A stretch of 63,500 bases of DNA, filler included, from Collodictyon triciliatum (taxonomy: Eukaryota): assembly GCA_043381765.1 (NCBI GenBank). It is 10 parts of 10 records of this genome, joined end to end, with 100 filler letters (N's around TTAATTAATTAA, not from the genome) between each part and the next. Parts side by side here need not be neighbours in the genome. Positions count along the whole stretch, not along the records: positions 13,536 to 20,203 come from JBHJMP010004323.1; positions 20,304 to 26,964 come from JBHJMP010004324.1; 8 more parts are not named here. One strand, given 5' to 3'. Every line of letters starts with the position of its first letter. Position 1 is the stretch's first letter. A program made the translations under genes and the position numbers. The notes below the pieces were generated by a model that was given only the letters and a program-made list of their open reading frames with translations, searched no databases and was not told where the DNA came from. Positions 13,536 to 26,964 of the stretch are shown here, piece by piece.

Positions 13536-16500
13536 TTGCTGAATATGATTCAGGAGAAAAACAAGTAATACTTGATTTTTTATGTCTATTTTAATGATTA
13601 AATCAGAAATCAAAATACTTTGAATCGAAGAAAAGAAAAATTGATAATAAATTGTGTATTATAGGGACGAGAAGTTTGTCTTCCTCATCGATGCCATCAA
13701 CCAAATACACCCGTCGCAAGGAACGCCAGCTCCGCATCTGCTGACCTGGTTGCCCAAAGAAACGCCACCTAATGTTGCCATGGTTGTGTCGACCATTCAT
13801 ACCCATGAATCTTGCGCGGTATTCATCATTTAATATTATTTTTTGGACATGTTTATTTTCTGCATAAAATTGATTTGAGTGGAAGGTTAATTAATCTATA
13901 TGCCACAAGTCTGCCAAGCAAAGTGGACTGGAGCCGATTCCTGTTGCCAAGTTGACCGAGGGCGAAATTAAGGATGGTGTCGAATCATTCCTCATTCGCT
14001 ATGACAAGACCCTGAACGAAAAGCAAGTTGGAATGATTCTGGCCGACATTGAAGATACAGGTCAGACATTTTTAATAGGAGTATATATTTTTATTAATTT
14101 TTTTTAAGGAATGATTAATTTATTCTTATCTGATATTTCCAAAGCCAACATCATCACCATCCTGCACAAAATTGAAAGGAAGAATAAAAAAAATATTCTT
14201 ATGTGATATTTTTTATAGGCCATCCGCTCTATCTACGCATTATTCTGGATGAGGTCAGGGTCTTTGGAGTTTATGAGAAGCTCGATGAAGAACTGAAAAC
14301 TCTGCTTTCGACGGATGGTGTTATTGAGCTTTACACTCTCATTATTAAACGCTGGCAACTGAAGTTTGACAGGAAAGGTGAGTTTTGATTTCATATTTCA
14401 AAAAAAAAAAAGGTGCAATATTATAATTGCCACTTTTATTGATTGATTCTTTTTTATTACAGTTTCCTCATCTGATGGAAAAGAGACAATGAAGGTCGAG
14501 TATGTGTCCCTCTCGATGAAGGTTCTCTTTGTCTCCCGCATCGGCCTGAGTGAAGGTGACTTGGACAAGTACATGAAAGATGCGATTGGCACAGAATTCG
14601 AGCTTGCTGAATGGTTTTCTTAATCTTGAATTTTAATATAATTAATATGTTTACTCCTTTCTTTTCTTATTTTAACTTATCTTTTATCCATTCAAACAGG
14701 AAATCCTTCTTCTTTACCCTCATCGAGTCGCTTTTCGTCCGCAATGGAAGGTTAGTGTTATTTCTCAGTCTTTTTTGTTCGTTAATCGGCGCTTTCGGTA
14801 TAATTTTATTTTGGATATAAAGCTAACTATTGTTTTCATAGATACATGTACTTCCACCAGCTGCTGTTGGAGACCACCAAAAAGGTCTACTTTTCCGAAA
14901 AGAAAGAGATGGAAAAAAGCCACGAAAAATACGGAAAATGGCTGTTTGGCCAGTATTCTGAGACTGCCGACGCAGATGAGGAGCTTGCTGCTGAGATTTG
15001 CTACCAACTTCTGAAGGGCAGTTCGTTTGAATTGCTTGTCGAATACATGAAGCAAAAACATGTAATTTTTTTTATTTTTTATTTACTCAATTACTTCAGT
15101 CATAATGAAACAATTTTCTCTGATTAAATTTTATATAATAGGTTATCAGTATCATGCTCAGTGGTCGCTATCGCTACGAATTCTTTGCATGCTGGAGAGC
15201 AATCAACGCAAGTGGAGTGGCAAACTACAAAGATGCTTATGGAAGCTTGGCCAAGGTAACTTGCTATTTAATTTTAATTTTTTGAAGGTTACTACTCACG
15301 AATTAAATTATCAATCATGATTTATCTATTAATTTTTATTTTTTTTTTATTAATTTTCAGTCTTTGGATAATGTGGGAGACCTGCTGGTTGGATTTTTCT
15401 TGGAGTCTTTTGAGAATTCGTTCTTGTTGTCTGTTCTGAATGTGCGTCTTGGAAAGCATCAGACAGAAGGTATGCAATTTATTGTCTTTTTGATGAATTT
15501 ATGTCATGAATATGAGTTTATATGGAGATATTCAATAATTTATCAATTTACAGATGCGAAGGCTGCTGATTACCTGAATCTTGGTCGTGTCTACAAGAAC
15601 CTTCAAAAGTAAAAAAAAAAAACATTATTGATTAAAATTAATACATGACATGACATGATGATTAAATCTATGATAATTTCTAAAATATAAAACTAAACAG
15701 CTGGGCTGAGTCCATGGTCTACTACAAGAGATGCCTCAATTCAGTTGAGAAAAATACAGACAATTCCCTGCGCATCGCCACCATTCACGAAGAAATGGGA
15801 ATCATCTACCAGCAACAGGACAAGTAAGGATCGTTTTCAATTGTAAATTAAATTATGAATAATGTTTCAAAAAGGAATTATTCTGATTTTCTTATTAAAC
15901 AGAATCGATGAAGCTCTTGATGAATACAAGAAATCACTGGAACTGAGAGTCAAACAACTGGGCGAGAACGACTTGCAAGTGGCCCAATCGCATGACCGCT
16001 TCGGAGACATCTACGCGAAACAGTCAAAGTAATATTTGAATCATCTATATTCGTTTTTTTTTTGCCTTTATTTTGTAAAAATATATTTATGTTGATCAAT
16101 TTTTTATGATAGGAATGAGCAGGCTCTGGTTGAATACACAAAGGCCATGGAAATCCGCCAAAAGAGAGTTGGAAACGAGCATCCTCTTGTCGCAACATCG
16201 TACCAGAACTATGGCCATGTCTCCTTGGATGGGAAAAAGTAGCACATTCATTCATTCATTAAAGACAGTTTTAAATATACTTATAATTTGAGATATTAAT
16301 ATGATTGAATCATCAAGGTATGAAGAATCTATTGAAAACTTCGAAAAGGCGAAATCAATCCTTGAAAAATCGCTGGGAGCTAAGCATGCATCTGTTGCCT
16401 CGACAATCCAGTTTATTGCGAGTGTTCATCTTGCCAGTGGAAAGTTTGGATTTCTAAACTACAGATATTTTCATAAAACAATAATTATTCAATTTGCAAA

Positions 16501-19500
16501 ATATATTTGGCATCATATCTTTCATTTGTATGGACTCTATTTGGGGTTAAGATTATGCATAATACAATACTAACTAAATAAATATCAAATAACTATCTTA
16601 TATAGGAAAACTGAGGCCTTGTCCTCATTAAAGCAATCGCTGGATATTTTCATGTCTGCCCTGGGTGAAAATCATCCCAATGTTGTGGCCTGCTATGAGA
16701 TGATTGGAGACATCAGCCATGATTTGAAGGAGTATCTCCATTTATTAATTATTATTACATATTTAATTGAAAAGAATAATTTATTTACTCTTATTATCTT
16801 AGCTTTAAGGGTGCTCTGGAGGCGTATATAAAGACGCAGGATATTCGCGTGAGAACATTGGGCGAAAGACATGCTGATTATGCTACTTGCCTGGAGAATG
16901 TTGGCCGAACAAACTTTGAGCTTCAAAGGTTTTTTTGTCTTTATATTAAAAGAAATTAAATATTTTATTAAAACCAATGAAAAAATACTTCAATAATAAC
17001 TAATGCACATACATCTAGTTCTGCTCAATGTGTTGATTGCTTCCAGAAGGCAGCTGCGTTCAGAAAGGAGACAAAGACTGCCATATCATTGAAAGATGGC
17101 TCACAAATTGACAACATTATCCGCCTCATGAAGGACAAGAAGGAGCATGAAGCCGTCATTCATCTTTACAAAACGCTGATTCATCTATTCAGCAAGCTTT
17201 ACTCCATAGATTATCTTGGAATATGGAACAGCTGCGAAGAAATCGACAAGATTTACAAGGAACTGAAGCAGCACAAGGAAGCAATGGCATTCTGGGCTGA
17301 GATGAGAGACAGATTTGCTGATAAACTTGGATGGATTCACCCCAGAACATTGAATTCGTGCGAATACTTGTCCGTCCATTCAAAAGAAATCGGAAACAAC
17401 AAAGAGCCTGTCGAGTTTACAAGAGTCAAGGAATTTATCAGTGAAACTCTTGATGATGCAAAACTGGATGAGATATGGAATCATGAGCTAATCATCGCAT
17501 TGTTATTCAGAATTGTCTACATGTCAAAGACTGATGAGAGCAAATCAAAGGCTGCATCTGATGCAATCACAGTTTTGAATTTCATGAATGTTTCGTTCGG
17601 TGGAATGGATTTATCAAACATCAAAATTCCGCATGCAAATCTCAGTAATTCAATCCTTGATGGTGCAAACCTCACTGGTGCCAACTTGGATGATGCTGAC
17701 TTCACGAATTCGATGCTTGGTGATTGTGTTTTTGATAATGCAAATATGAGTAATGCGAAATTCGGAATTCCTCATGATAAACTAGAAGGACATGCTGATT
17801 ATGTCTATAGTGTTTGCAGTATTCAAGGACCGAATGGTGAAAATTGGTTGGCTTCTGGGAGTTATGATAATACAATACGTATTTGGGATGTAGCCACAGG
17901 AAACCAAATCAAAACATTGGAAGGACATACAGAATGGGTCACTAGTGTTTGCAGCATTCAAGGACCGAATGGTGAAAAGTGGTTGGCTTCTGGGAGTTAT
18001 GATAATACAATACGTATTTGGGATGCAGCCACAGGAAGCCAAATTAAAACATTATATGGTCATACAAGGCCTGTCACTAGTGTTTGCAGTATTCAAGGAC
18101 CGAATAGTGAGAATTGGTTGGCTTCTGGAAGTAGTGATGCAACAATACGTATATGGGATGTAGCCACAGGAAGTCAAATCAATACATTAAAAGGTCATAC
18201 AAGTGGTGTCAGTAGTGTTTGCAGTATTCAAGGACCGAATGGTGAAAATTGGTTGGCTTCTGGAAGTAAAGATAACACAATACGCATTCGGGATGTAGCC
18301 ACAGGAAACCAAATCAATACATTAAAAGGTCATACAAGTGGTGTCAATAGTGTTTGCAGCATTCAAGGACCGAATGGTGAAAATTGGTTGGCTTCTGGGA
18401 GTTATGATAATACAATACGTATTTGGGATGTAGCCACAGGAAACCAAATCAAAACATTAAAAGGCCATGAAGGATACATTAAAAGTGTTTGCAGTATTCA
18501 AGGACCAAATGGTGAAAAGTGGTTGGCCTCTGGAAGTAATGATTATACAATACGTATTTGGGATATAGCCACAGGAAACCAAATCAAATCATTAGAAGGT
18601 CATACAAATGCTGTCAATAGTGTTTGCAGCATTCAAGGACCAAATGGTGAAAAGTGGTTGGCTTCTGGAAGTAATGATAAAACAATACGTATTTGGGATG
18701 TAACCACAGGAAACCAAATCAAAACATTAAAAGGTCATACAAGTCATGTCATGAGTGTTTGCAGTGTTCAAGGGCCGAATGGTGAAAATTGGCTGGCTTC
18801 AGGAAGTAGTGATTATATAATACGTATCTGGGATGTAGCCACAGGAAACCAAATCAAAACATTGGAAGGACATACAGAATCTGTCATGAGTGTTTGCAGT
18901 ATTCAAGGACCGAATGGTGAAAATTGGCTGGCTTCTGGAAGTAGTGATAATACAATACGTGTTTGGGATATAGCCACAGGAAACCAAACACACAGCCTGC
19001 AAAAATCAGAAGTGACCTACACCCAAGGAAAATACCTCGTCAAGAAAGAAAAGCCTGACGAAGTCATCGCAGTATTCAACAGGACAAGTGATGCGATGAA
19101 CATGATTGACACCAACAGAATCCAAGATGCAAGGACAGTCCAGATTATCGGCCCAAGAAAGCTGCAAGGTGGAAACATCCAAATCAGAAATGTCACAGGA
19201 TTGAGTCAATTTAACAAGACCATTCTACTTTCAATCGGTGCTGCTTCCTTTGATGCGGACTTTGCTGCGTATTGTGAGCAGGGTAAGTTCACGAAGTTCC
19301 AGGCTCAGATGATGGCTGAGTGCTGTGAGAACGGGTGGGGTGTTGAGAAAGACACTGAGAAGGCCTATTATTGGAGATATGTCGCCTTTCCAAAATTATC
19401 ATTAGACTTTGATGGATTGAAACAACTTGCACAACAAGGCTCAAAAGATGCATTCAGTATTTTGAAAGAATTTGCTGAAATGAAGGATAGATGGGAAGAA

Positions 19501-19812
19501 TACAAATATCCACAAGCTGTTTCTGTTGTTGCTGAATGTTATGACAATGGATGGAGTGTTGAGAAGGACACCGTGAAAGCAGCTGACTGGCTTGGAAAAG
19601 CTGAAAACTTTGAAAAATTGAAGCAACTAGCACAACAAGGCTCAAAAGATGCATTCAATGTTTTGAAAGAAATGGCTGAAATGAAGGATAGATGGGAAGA
19701 ATACAAATATCCACAAGCTGTTTCTGTTGTTGCTGAATGCTATGAGAATGGATGGGGTGTTGAGAAGGACACCGAGAAAGCAGCTGAGTGGAGACAGAAA
19801 GCCTCAGCTTAA
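13536..19812 (+). CDS. STAND/NLR-like protein, 5'-partial: NACHT C-terminal half (NPHP3/TTC41-type) + TPR repeats + pentapeptide repeats + 9 WD40 + SEL1-like repeats
   Basis: Walker B region FVFLIDAINQI...LLTWLPKETPPNVAMVVST (13665-13818). GHPLYLRIILDEVRVFGVYEKLDE (14219-14290). Many short TPR exons (e.g. ESIENFEKAKSILEKSLGAKHASVAST, LGENHPNVVACYEMIG). Then one 2.8 kb terminal exon, 17019-19812. Confidence 0.85.
14121..14210 (+). mobile_element. 56-nt family-2 retroinsertion (14138-14193) with 17-bp TSD (1 mismatch), in an intron
   Basis: tattcttatctgatatt [...ctgcacaaaattgaaaggaagaataaaaaaaa] tattcttatgtgatatt. Confidence 0.75.
17782..18996 (+). repeat. Nine tandem 135-bp (45-aa) WD40 units with high nucleotide identity
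   Basis: Consensus GHTxxVxSVCSIQGPNGE(N/K)WLASGSxDxTIRIWDVATGNQIKTLx, counted 9 times in the translation. Confidence 0.95.
19417..19809 (+). repeat. Tandem 201-bp duplication encoding SEL1-like repeats
   Basis: LKQLAQQGSKDAF...YPQAVSVVAECY(D/E)NGW(S/G)VEKDT(V/E)KAA(D/E)W occurs twice (units start 19417 and 19618), plus an upstream diverged copy AECCENGWGVEKDTEKAYYW. Confidence 0.9.
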
Positions 19813-20876
19813 CAAGGTAAGTAGTATAGTAAATGCATATAAATATATGTTCGTTAACTATATTCATTTTAGATGGATAGATTCTCTGGGTTTTTTTCAA
19901 GCAGACCTCCGCTTTTTTCCCACGAGGACGCTCCATGAAAACAGAATAAAACCATAAAAATGATAACAAAGCTGATCGATCTCTGTTGCAAGCTTTCCCT
20001 TTTCCTTTTTTCTTTTTTCTTTTTTCTCTTTTCTTTTCTTTTCTCTTTTTCTATTCTTTTTTCTTTTTTCTCTTTTCTTTTCTTTTCTCTTTTTCTATTC
20101 TTTTTTCTTTTTTCTTTTTTCTTTTTTCTTTTTTCTTTTTTTTCTTTTTTTTCTTTTTTTTCCTTTTTCTTTCCTTTTTCTTTCCTTTTTCTTTCTTTTT
20201 CTTNNNNNNNNNNNNNNNNNNNNNNNNNNNNNNNNNNNNNNNNNNNNTTAATTAATTAANNNNNNNNNNNNNNNNNNNNNNNNNNNNNNNNNNNNNNNNN
20301 NNNTTTTATCTTTTTATCTTTTTATCTTTTTATCTTTTTATCTTTTTATCTTTTTATCTTTTTATCTTTTTATCTTTTTATCTTTTTATCTTTTTATCTT
20401 TTGATTTTTGTTTTTGATTTTTGTTTTTTGTTTTTGATTTTTGTTTTTTGTTTTTTGTTTTTTGTTTTTGTTCTCTAAAGATATTTGTAAATGTGTCCAG
20501 AGTGAAACTCCAGATCTGTTTATGAAACCTGGATAAACTATATCATCAACTCTGGTAAAGTCTGATCATATAACATCCCAGAGAGACTGTAATCGGATTG
20601 AGCACTGCACAACATCAGTCCAACAGAATGCCGGGTAAAAGTTGGAGTGTATTCCGCATACACTTTATTAGATTGGCTACCTCCTAGTATTACAGATGAT
20701 GGATTCTCTTTCCGAATGACCCCTCCCCCTCCCCCACTTTTTTTTATTTTTTTATTCTTACTATTATCATTAGTGAGGTAACCTCCCATATACAGGTGCA
20801 TATACAAAATCTGACTATCAATTCATTTTATATTTTTGTCTCTTTTTTTTTTAAAAAAAAAAAACGACAACTACAG

Positions 20877-23050
20877 GACTTGACAGATTCTCATTTGGGT
20901 TTTGTGGCTATGATGGCTATATCCACCGTGGGTCATCTAGAGGGGTGATGTACGGCCCTTCGTTTGGTACTGGTGATGTTGTGGGTTGCTGTCTGGATTT
21001 TATCAATTGTGCTGTATTTTTTACAAAAAACGGAACGAAGCTTGGTATATTACATCTCTGCTTGCTAAATATATGTCTATAAAGCTACCTATGAATAAAT
21101 ATTTTATAACAATCACATTCGATCGTTTTTTTTTCTTTATTCTTCGTTTCAATTTAAGCAAAATGATGGGGATCAAATTCGATTATTTAATAAATTTTAA
21201 ATGTGTTTTACTCTCAATAAAAAAAAATCCGTCTCCCATAATTACTTCCTCTTTGTCAAAAGTAAAATGATAAAATTTTTTTTATTGATTCTTAATTCAT
21301 TGATTCATTGATTCATTTATGATGCAGGGAGTCTACAATTTTCTCATATTCAGCTCTGGACTCCGTGTGTTGGATTAAAAAGTTTCAACAGCAAAGTGGA
21401 ACTTAATTTTGGACAAGCACCATTTGTGTTTGACTTTGAAAGATATATTCAGGTTAGTCACTTCATTAAAGTTTATTAATCTGAACGTTTATTATTTATT
21501 CTCTAAAAGAATTTGTTCGTAATATCTGTGGTGACGCTTTCTTAAACTTGACAAAAAAAAAAAAAAAAAAAAAAAGAGAGAGAGAGATTTAAGAACTTTT
21601 GCGCTCCCACGATAATCGACACTGTTGTAATATACGTAAAATATTGCTTATTATCTTCTCAGTTTTGAAACTTATTTTCTTTGCAATTGAATTTTTCCAT
21701 TCATTTCTTCTAGGAAAAAAAGGAGCAAATCATAGTGGATGTTGTAAGACTGAAAAACATCTTTCATAAGGACATATGCGATAGAATTATTGTTGACTAT
21801 TTGGCCCATTCTAAATATAGGTGCCTTACCTATTCGGTTCATCTCATGGATTCATTCCTTGTTTATTAAATGATCACAATCACATTATGGATAAGAGTTA
21901 TAATGAATGTTTTTTTCCTTCTGTTATTGATATAGCAACACCTATGGAAAACTCAAAGAAAATCTTGGAATCAAGGAAGGCTTTTCGTATGAGATGGAAA
22001 GATTGAGAGCTCGAAAAAGTGAACGCTGCTAATATCACCAGTGTTTTAATCAAACAAACATATTCAGTTGATCATGTCAAATTTATTACATTCTTTTACA
22101 TGTTATCCAAAAGTTAAGATGGTCTAGAATAGATATTGCATCGTTTCTTGAGTCAGGAGACGTCGATTCAGCTTTACTGAGCATACAGGAGTCATTTCCA
22201 GAAATATTAAATACACGTCGAGACATCATATTCAAAGTATTGTTTTCCCTATACTCATTCATAACCGTGCGCAAATATATATATTAAAGACAACCTGGAA
22301 AAGTATAGCTGCATTGCCAGAAGTTTATTGACATCGTCCAAACTAATCGCATTCGGGATGCCATAGAATTCGGCAAAGCGAGGTTTTGCATCTGTATTTG
22401 AGACATTTGTTTCTTCCTTTTTAGTACCCGAAATAAAATATTCAAAATTTATATAAACTGGTGAATTAGTTTGGTGAACATCATGTTGAGCGAGGATGAA
22501 GAGCGCTATCGAACAGAGGTCTTTAGTCTTCTTGCATATCCTGACTTGCTCGCATCTCCCATGGCTTATTTACTCTCCCAGAAGCAACGCTTGGAAGTGG
22601 CAGAGCTGGTTGATAGATCTATTTTAAGTCCGTTTTATTTTATTTTTTTTTTTACCATTAAAGAATGGTTACGAATATTCAGAGGCACCTGTTAAAAACA
22701 AAAGTGTGAATTTCTTTCAGAGATGTCACTGCGCACAAGAATTTTTTTTTTCCATTATTCGATTCAAAGACGCTGCGCACAAGAATAATACATGTGCAGT
22801 TTGATATACAATTCTGTTTTTCATTCTGTATAATACTAGATGCTACTATTTGTCATTCGTGTTGTTTATGTATACTTGTCTTTAACAGTTCATTAAATTT
22901 CAATTGATGCAATTTGATTATGCAGCATTATACAGTCGGAGTCATAGTGTGCTAGAAAGGGTCGCACAGCAAGCTGAGTGTGTCATGTCACACCTCCAGC
23001 TTTTAGGATGTTCAAAACATCTGGGGCTGCACATGAAGGACTTCATGTAG
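20877..23050 (+). CDS. RANBP9: RanBP9/RanBP10 (Gid1)-like SPRY-LisH-CTLH-CRA protein, 5'-partial, multi-exon
   Basis: SPRY: YGPSFGTGDVVGCCLDFINCAVFFTKNG, PCVGLK...NFGQAPFVFDFERYI. LisH: RIIVDYLAHSKY. CTLH: LESGDVDSAL...LHCQKFIDIV. CRA: FSLLAYPDLLASPMAYLLSQKQRLEVAELVDRSIL. Confidence 0.85.
22727..22786 (-). mobile_element. 28-nt micro-retroinsertion (22743-22770) with 16-bp TSD (1 mismatch), in an intron
   Basis: cactgcgcacaagaat [tttttttttccattattcgattcaaaga] cgctgcgcacaagaat. Confidence 0.8.
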
Positions 23051-23478
23051 CAAGAAAATAAACATGGAATTGTGATGGCTATTTTTGGCTTAATGTCTTT
23101 GACTTAAAATATTGATGTATGTATGTATGTATGTATGTATGTATGTATGTATGTATGTATGTATGTATGTATGTATGTATGTATGAAAAAAATATTAGGA
23201 TATTAGGTGTATACCGAATATGAACAAAATATTTAGTTCATATTACATACCCTCTTTTCAGATTTTTTTATCAGCCGTCATGAATTATAAACGAAAAACA
23301 TCCACAAAAGGATTAAACGATAACAAAGACCACAGATAGTTTTCTCCATTTCAAAAGCCAGACGAGTCTGAGGCCAAAGAATATGATGAAATTTCATCCG
23401 CAACAAAGAATCGAAACTGCTTGCATTTAAAACCTACTCGATTGAATACATAAAGGTTTTGAATTCAGAGCTTGTTCT

Positions 23479-24006
23479 TTATGCTTCGTCTGTGGGAATG
23501 GGCTCTGGGGAGAAGCAGAGAAGTCGAGATATTTGATCTGCCATTTGAGCGAATGCTTCACAGAGAGGACCCGCTGCAGCCGATTCGGTGTTTGCGAAGC
23601 TCTCAAGTCGCTCTAAACACCTGGAAGTGATTTATAATTAGTTTAGCCTTGCTGTCAGAGTCTCATATTCTTGTTATGTGGATAGATAAGCAAGTGCGTA
23701 TTTGAGCGTTTCATTGCCGCACATATGCTTTAAAGAGGATGTATTGGTTGTTGGATGCACTTGGTTGAAATTTTATACAGAGGGAATGTAATATTTAAAC
23801 GTCCAAAGATGGCTAATTCATGTTCAACTTACTCTGAACAGATGAGAGCAACGCTGCGCTTCAAATCTTCATCAAGTGCTAGCATGAATGATATGTACTG
23901 CACAAAAATCATAATGTTATGAACAGGTGTGAAAAAATAATAATCAACGATTCCTGTTCTCGAGAAGTATTTCAATTAGTTAAGAACCAGAAAATGTAAA
24001 TCAATA

Positions 24007-24102
<96 letters not shown>

Positions 24103-26140
24103 CAGCCAAGCATATCAGAAAAGGAATAACTAACACGCAAAATTTTTTGAACGTCATTTGAAGTCAATCGAGAATTGCCTGATACCGTCTGATTAAGACA
24201 TTGTCATAATTTTAATAAAGTATGTACTGCAGGCTTTATTAAATCAATAATACAGATGTGATGTATAAAACTATAATGAAGTGAAAAAGATATAAAAAAT
24301 CATTCAAATTAAATGAAAATAATTTAGCTTACACTTAGAATAATTTTAATTTGTAAAAAAGAATGTTATACGCGATACATTTTTCTGTTTTAAAAATATA
24401 GAGAAGAAAATAATCGACCTCATCTATAATCATCGCTTGTGTATTCAAATCGTGGTAAATGTATCCAAACAGAAATTCTTGGCAGTGCGGCTGAGACTGT
24501 AAGTAGAATAAATATTCCATTAACTTTCGAAGAAAAATTGTCAAATGAATGGGTATATTTCTCACTCCTCTCGGCAGATCAAAACTTTGGGGAGAAGAAA
24601 GATATAAACTTTCATACCTGGAGAACGAAAGAAGTGATATCAGACAGCGGAGTGACATGCCGAAGTGCTATTTCACTATTTTGAAGGACACCAACCACAA
24701 TTTCTATCAAAATACGAACCTCTACAAAATAAAAAAAAATGTAGAGAATGTTGTATTATCAGTCATCAGTGATATATTGTTTTCTCCAGTAAAAAAAATA
24801 AAAATTGTATGACTTGTTAACAAAGAGAAAAAGAAATAGTAAAATAGCACCATTTAAGCGATTAGGAGCAGATGGCTTAAATATTGTCACATCACCTGAT
24901 TTCGTTCCTGAAAATGCACTAACGTTCGATGATATTGAATGCAGTAGAGAAAGAGACATAAACTCGCTTCTTCGTGTAACAAATACAGTAAGAAGCGCTT
25001 ATGATTTTTTTTTAGATTAACAAGGAAAATATTAGTAAAATTATCATACCAATACAAAGAAAAATGCAGGGGTGATTAAATTCATTAGCAAATAGGCATA
25101 TCACACTCTAGTTAAACACAACGGTTACTATGTATAATACCTGCTTTGGAAACAACAGGATTTTTTTCATACGAGAGTCCAAACTGAAGTATTGTCAGGA
25201 TAACATTTTCGATATGTCCATAAAAATCTTTTCTAAAAGGAAATCTTGTTTTAATGACTCTTTTTTTTTAAAAAAAAAAAACCACTAGGAATTGCTAATT
25301 AAATGATAAATTACATTGATTGATTCTGGTGGTTTCTGTTTTTTAGACGGATGGGGATCGGCTCGAGTAGAAGATTAACTTGCAAAATACTATCCATAAG
25401 TAGTATAAAATGAGGTCCATATATCTAAATTGTATGCCCATGTACAACAAAAGGTTCTCAGTGTAAAATTATATGTCAATACTCATCGATTCTAATAATG
25501 AATTAAAGCTAGATAGATAATGAATTGGCTCATGAAAATTGTGGAGATAGATTCATTCATGATAAACAATTGCTTTACGTATGTGAACATATTCAAGCAC
25601 TTATAAGAAAAAAATAAGTGTTTCCTATTACTCATCGACATGTTCACTTTGGGCGAGGTGGCGTGCTTGCTCGAAATTAACATAATGCTCTACATATTTG
25701 TGGAGCTTCATCTGGTCATCAAGAACATATATACCAATCTAATTATCATTTATAGGTAGTGGTAAGTAATTCACAAGTATTGCTTATATAATCAACACAA
25801 TTTAATTATGAACAATTTCTTTCGGGTAGAAAAAGATGTGCTGCTCTTGGGTCATTATTATAGACTTACTGCATCAAGAATATTCGAGAACAATACGCCC
25901 TCTATTTCATATTTTGTCATCAGATCGAAAAGGAATTCAGGTAAATACTATTTGATTGAAAGGCAAATATTTAATGATAGGGAATAAATGAAAGCTTTAA
26001 TCTTGTGAACGAGAATATATATGAATGCAAATAAGTGTATTGCAATTCGTGTGCTAGATAAAAGTATATATTAGGAGAGCTACTGAAAAATCAGCCCGAG
26101 GGCTTGTATGTCCTCGGCTTGATTCTGTATCGTATGCCAT
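23479..26140 (-). CDS. Hypothetical multi-exon gene (unidentified)
   Basis: Short open exon-like segments bounded by AG/GT on the minus strand (e.g. PEFLFDLMTKYEIEGVLFSNILDA, YISFMLALDEDLKRSVALICS, CLERLESFANTESAAAGPLCEAFAQMADQISRLL). Both ends are uncertain. Confidence 0.4.
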
Positions 26141-26649
26141 AATGGATTGAATGAAAAGCTAATGTAAATTATATACATAAAAAAACCAAGTCAAATTATG
26201 AATTGAAAAATCCACAATCATGTGGGCTTAGTTTTTCGAAAAGTATATATATTGAGATGATATTTAAAACATTTCGATAAATTTAATAGTATAGATGTGA
26301 CAGAATACTAAGAACCTCTACAAATTTGGTCATATGATTGAAACCCGCATCGCTCAGAGAACATAAATACTGCTCATTTTTTTATGTAAAAATTATAAAA
26401 AAACGAGTGTCATTTTTATTTTCTGTAATTAAAACTGCCAATATTATTATTGCTATCATCATTATTATTTAGATCTATATTTAGATTCATAATATAATCA
26501 TAATAAAGTCAATTAAGACAGTGCGCTTACATCACATATCGGCTTGAAATTAGTTACAGAAAAGAACACTTGAAGGTCTGACTGGGCACCAATAAATTTA
26601 TTCAGATACCTAAATGTTCAAGATTAAGGTTTCTTTCTTATCCATGATT

Positions 26650-26964
<315 letters not shown>

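Noticed and set aside
17782-18996. CRISPR-like or DGR-like array (constant repeats with variable segments)
   Set aside because: The units are in-frame WD40 coding repeats. There are no cas genes and no RT/template repeat, and the variation is not adenine-specific.
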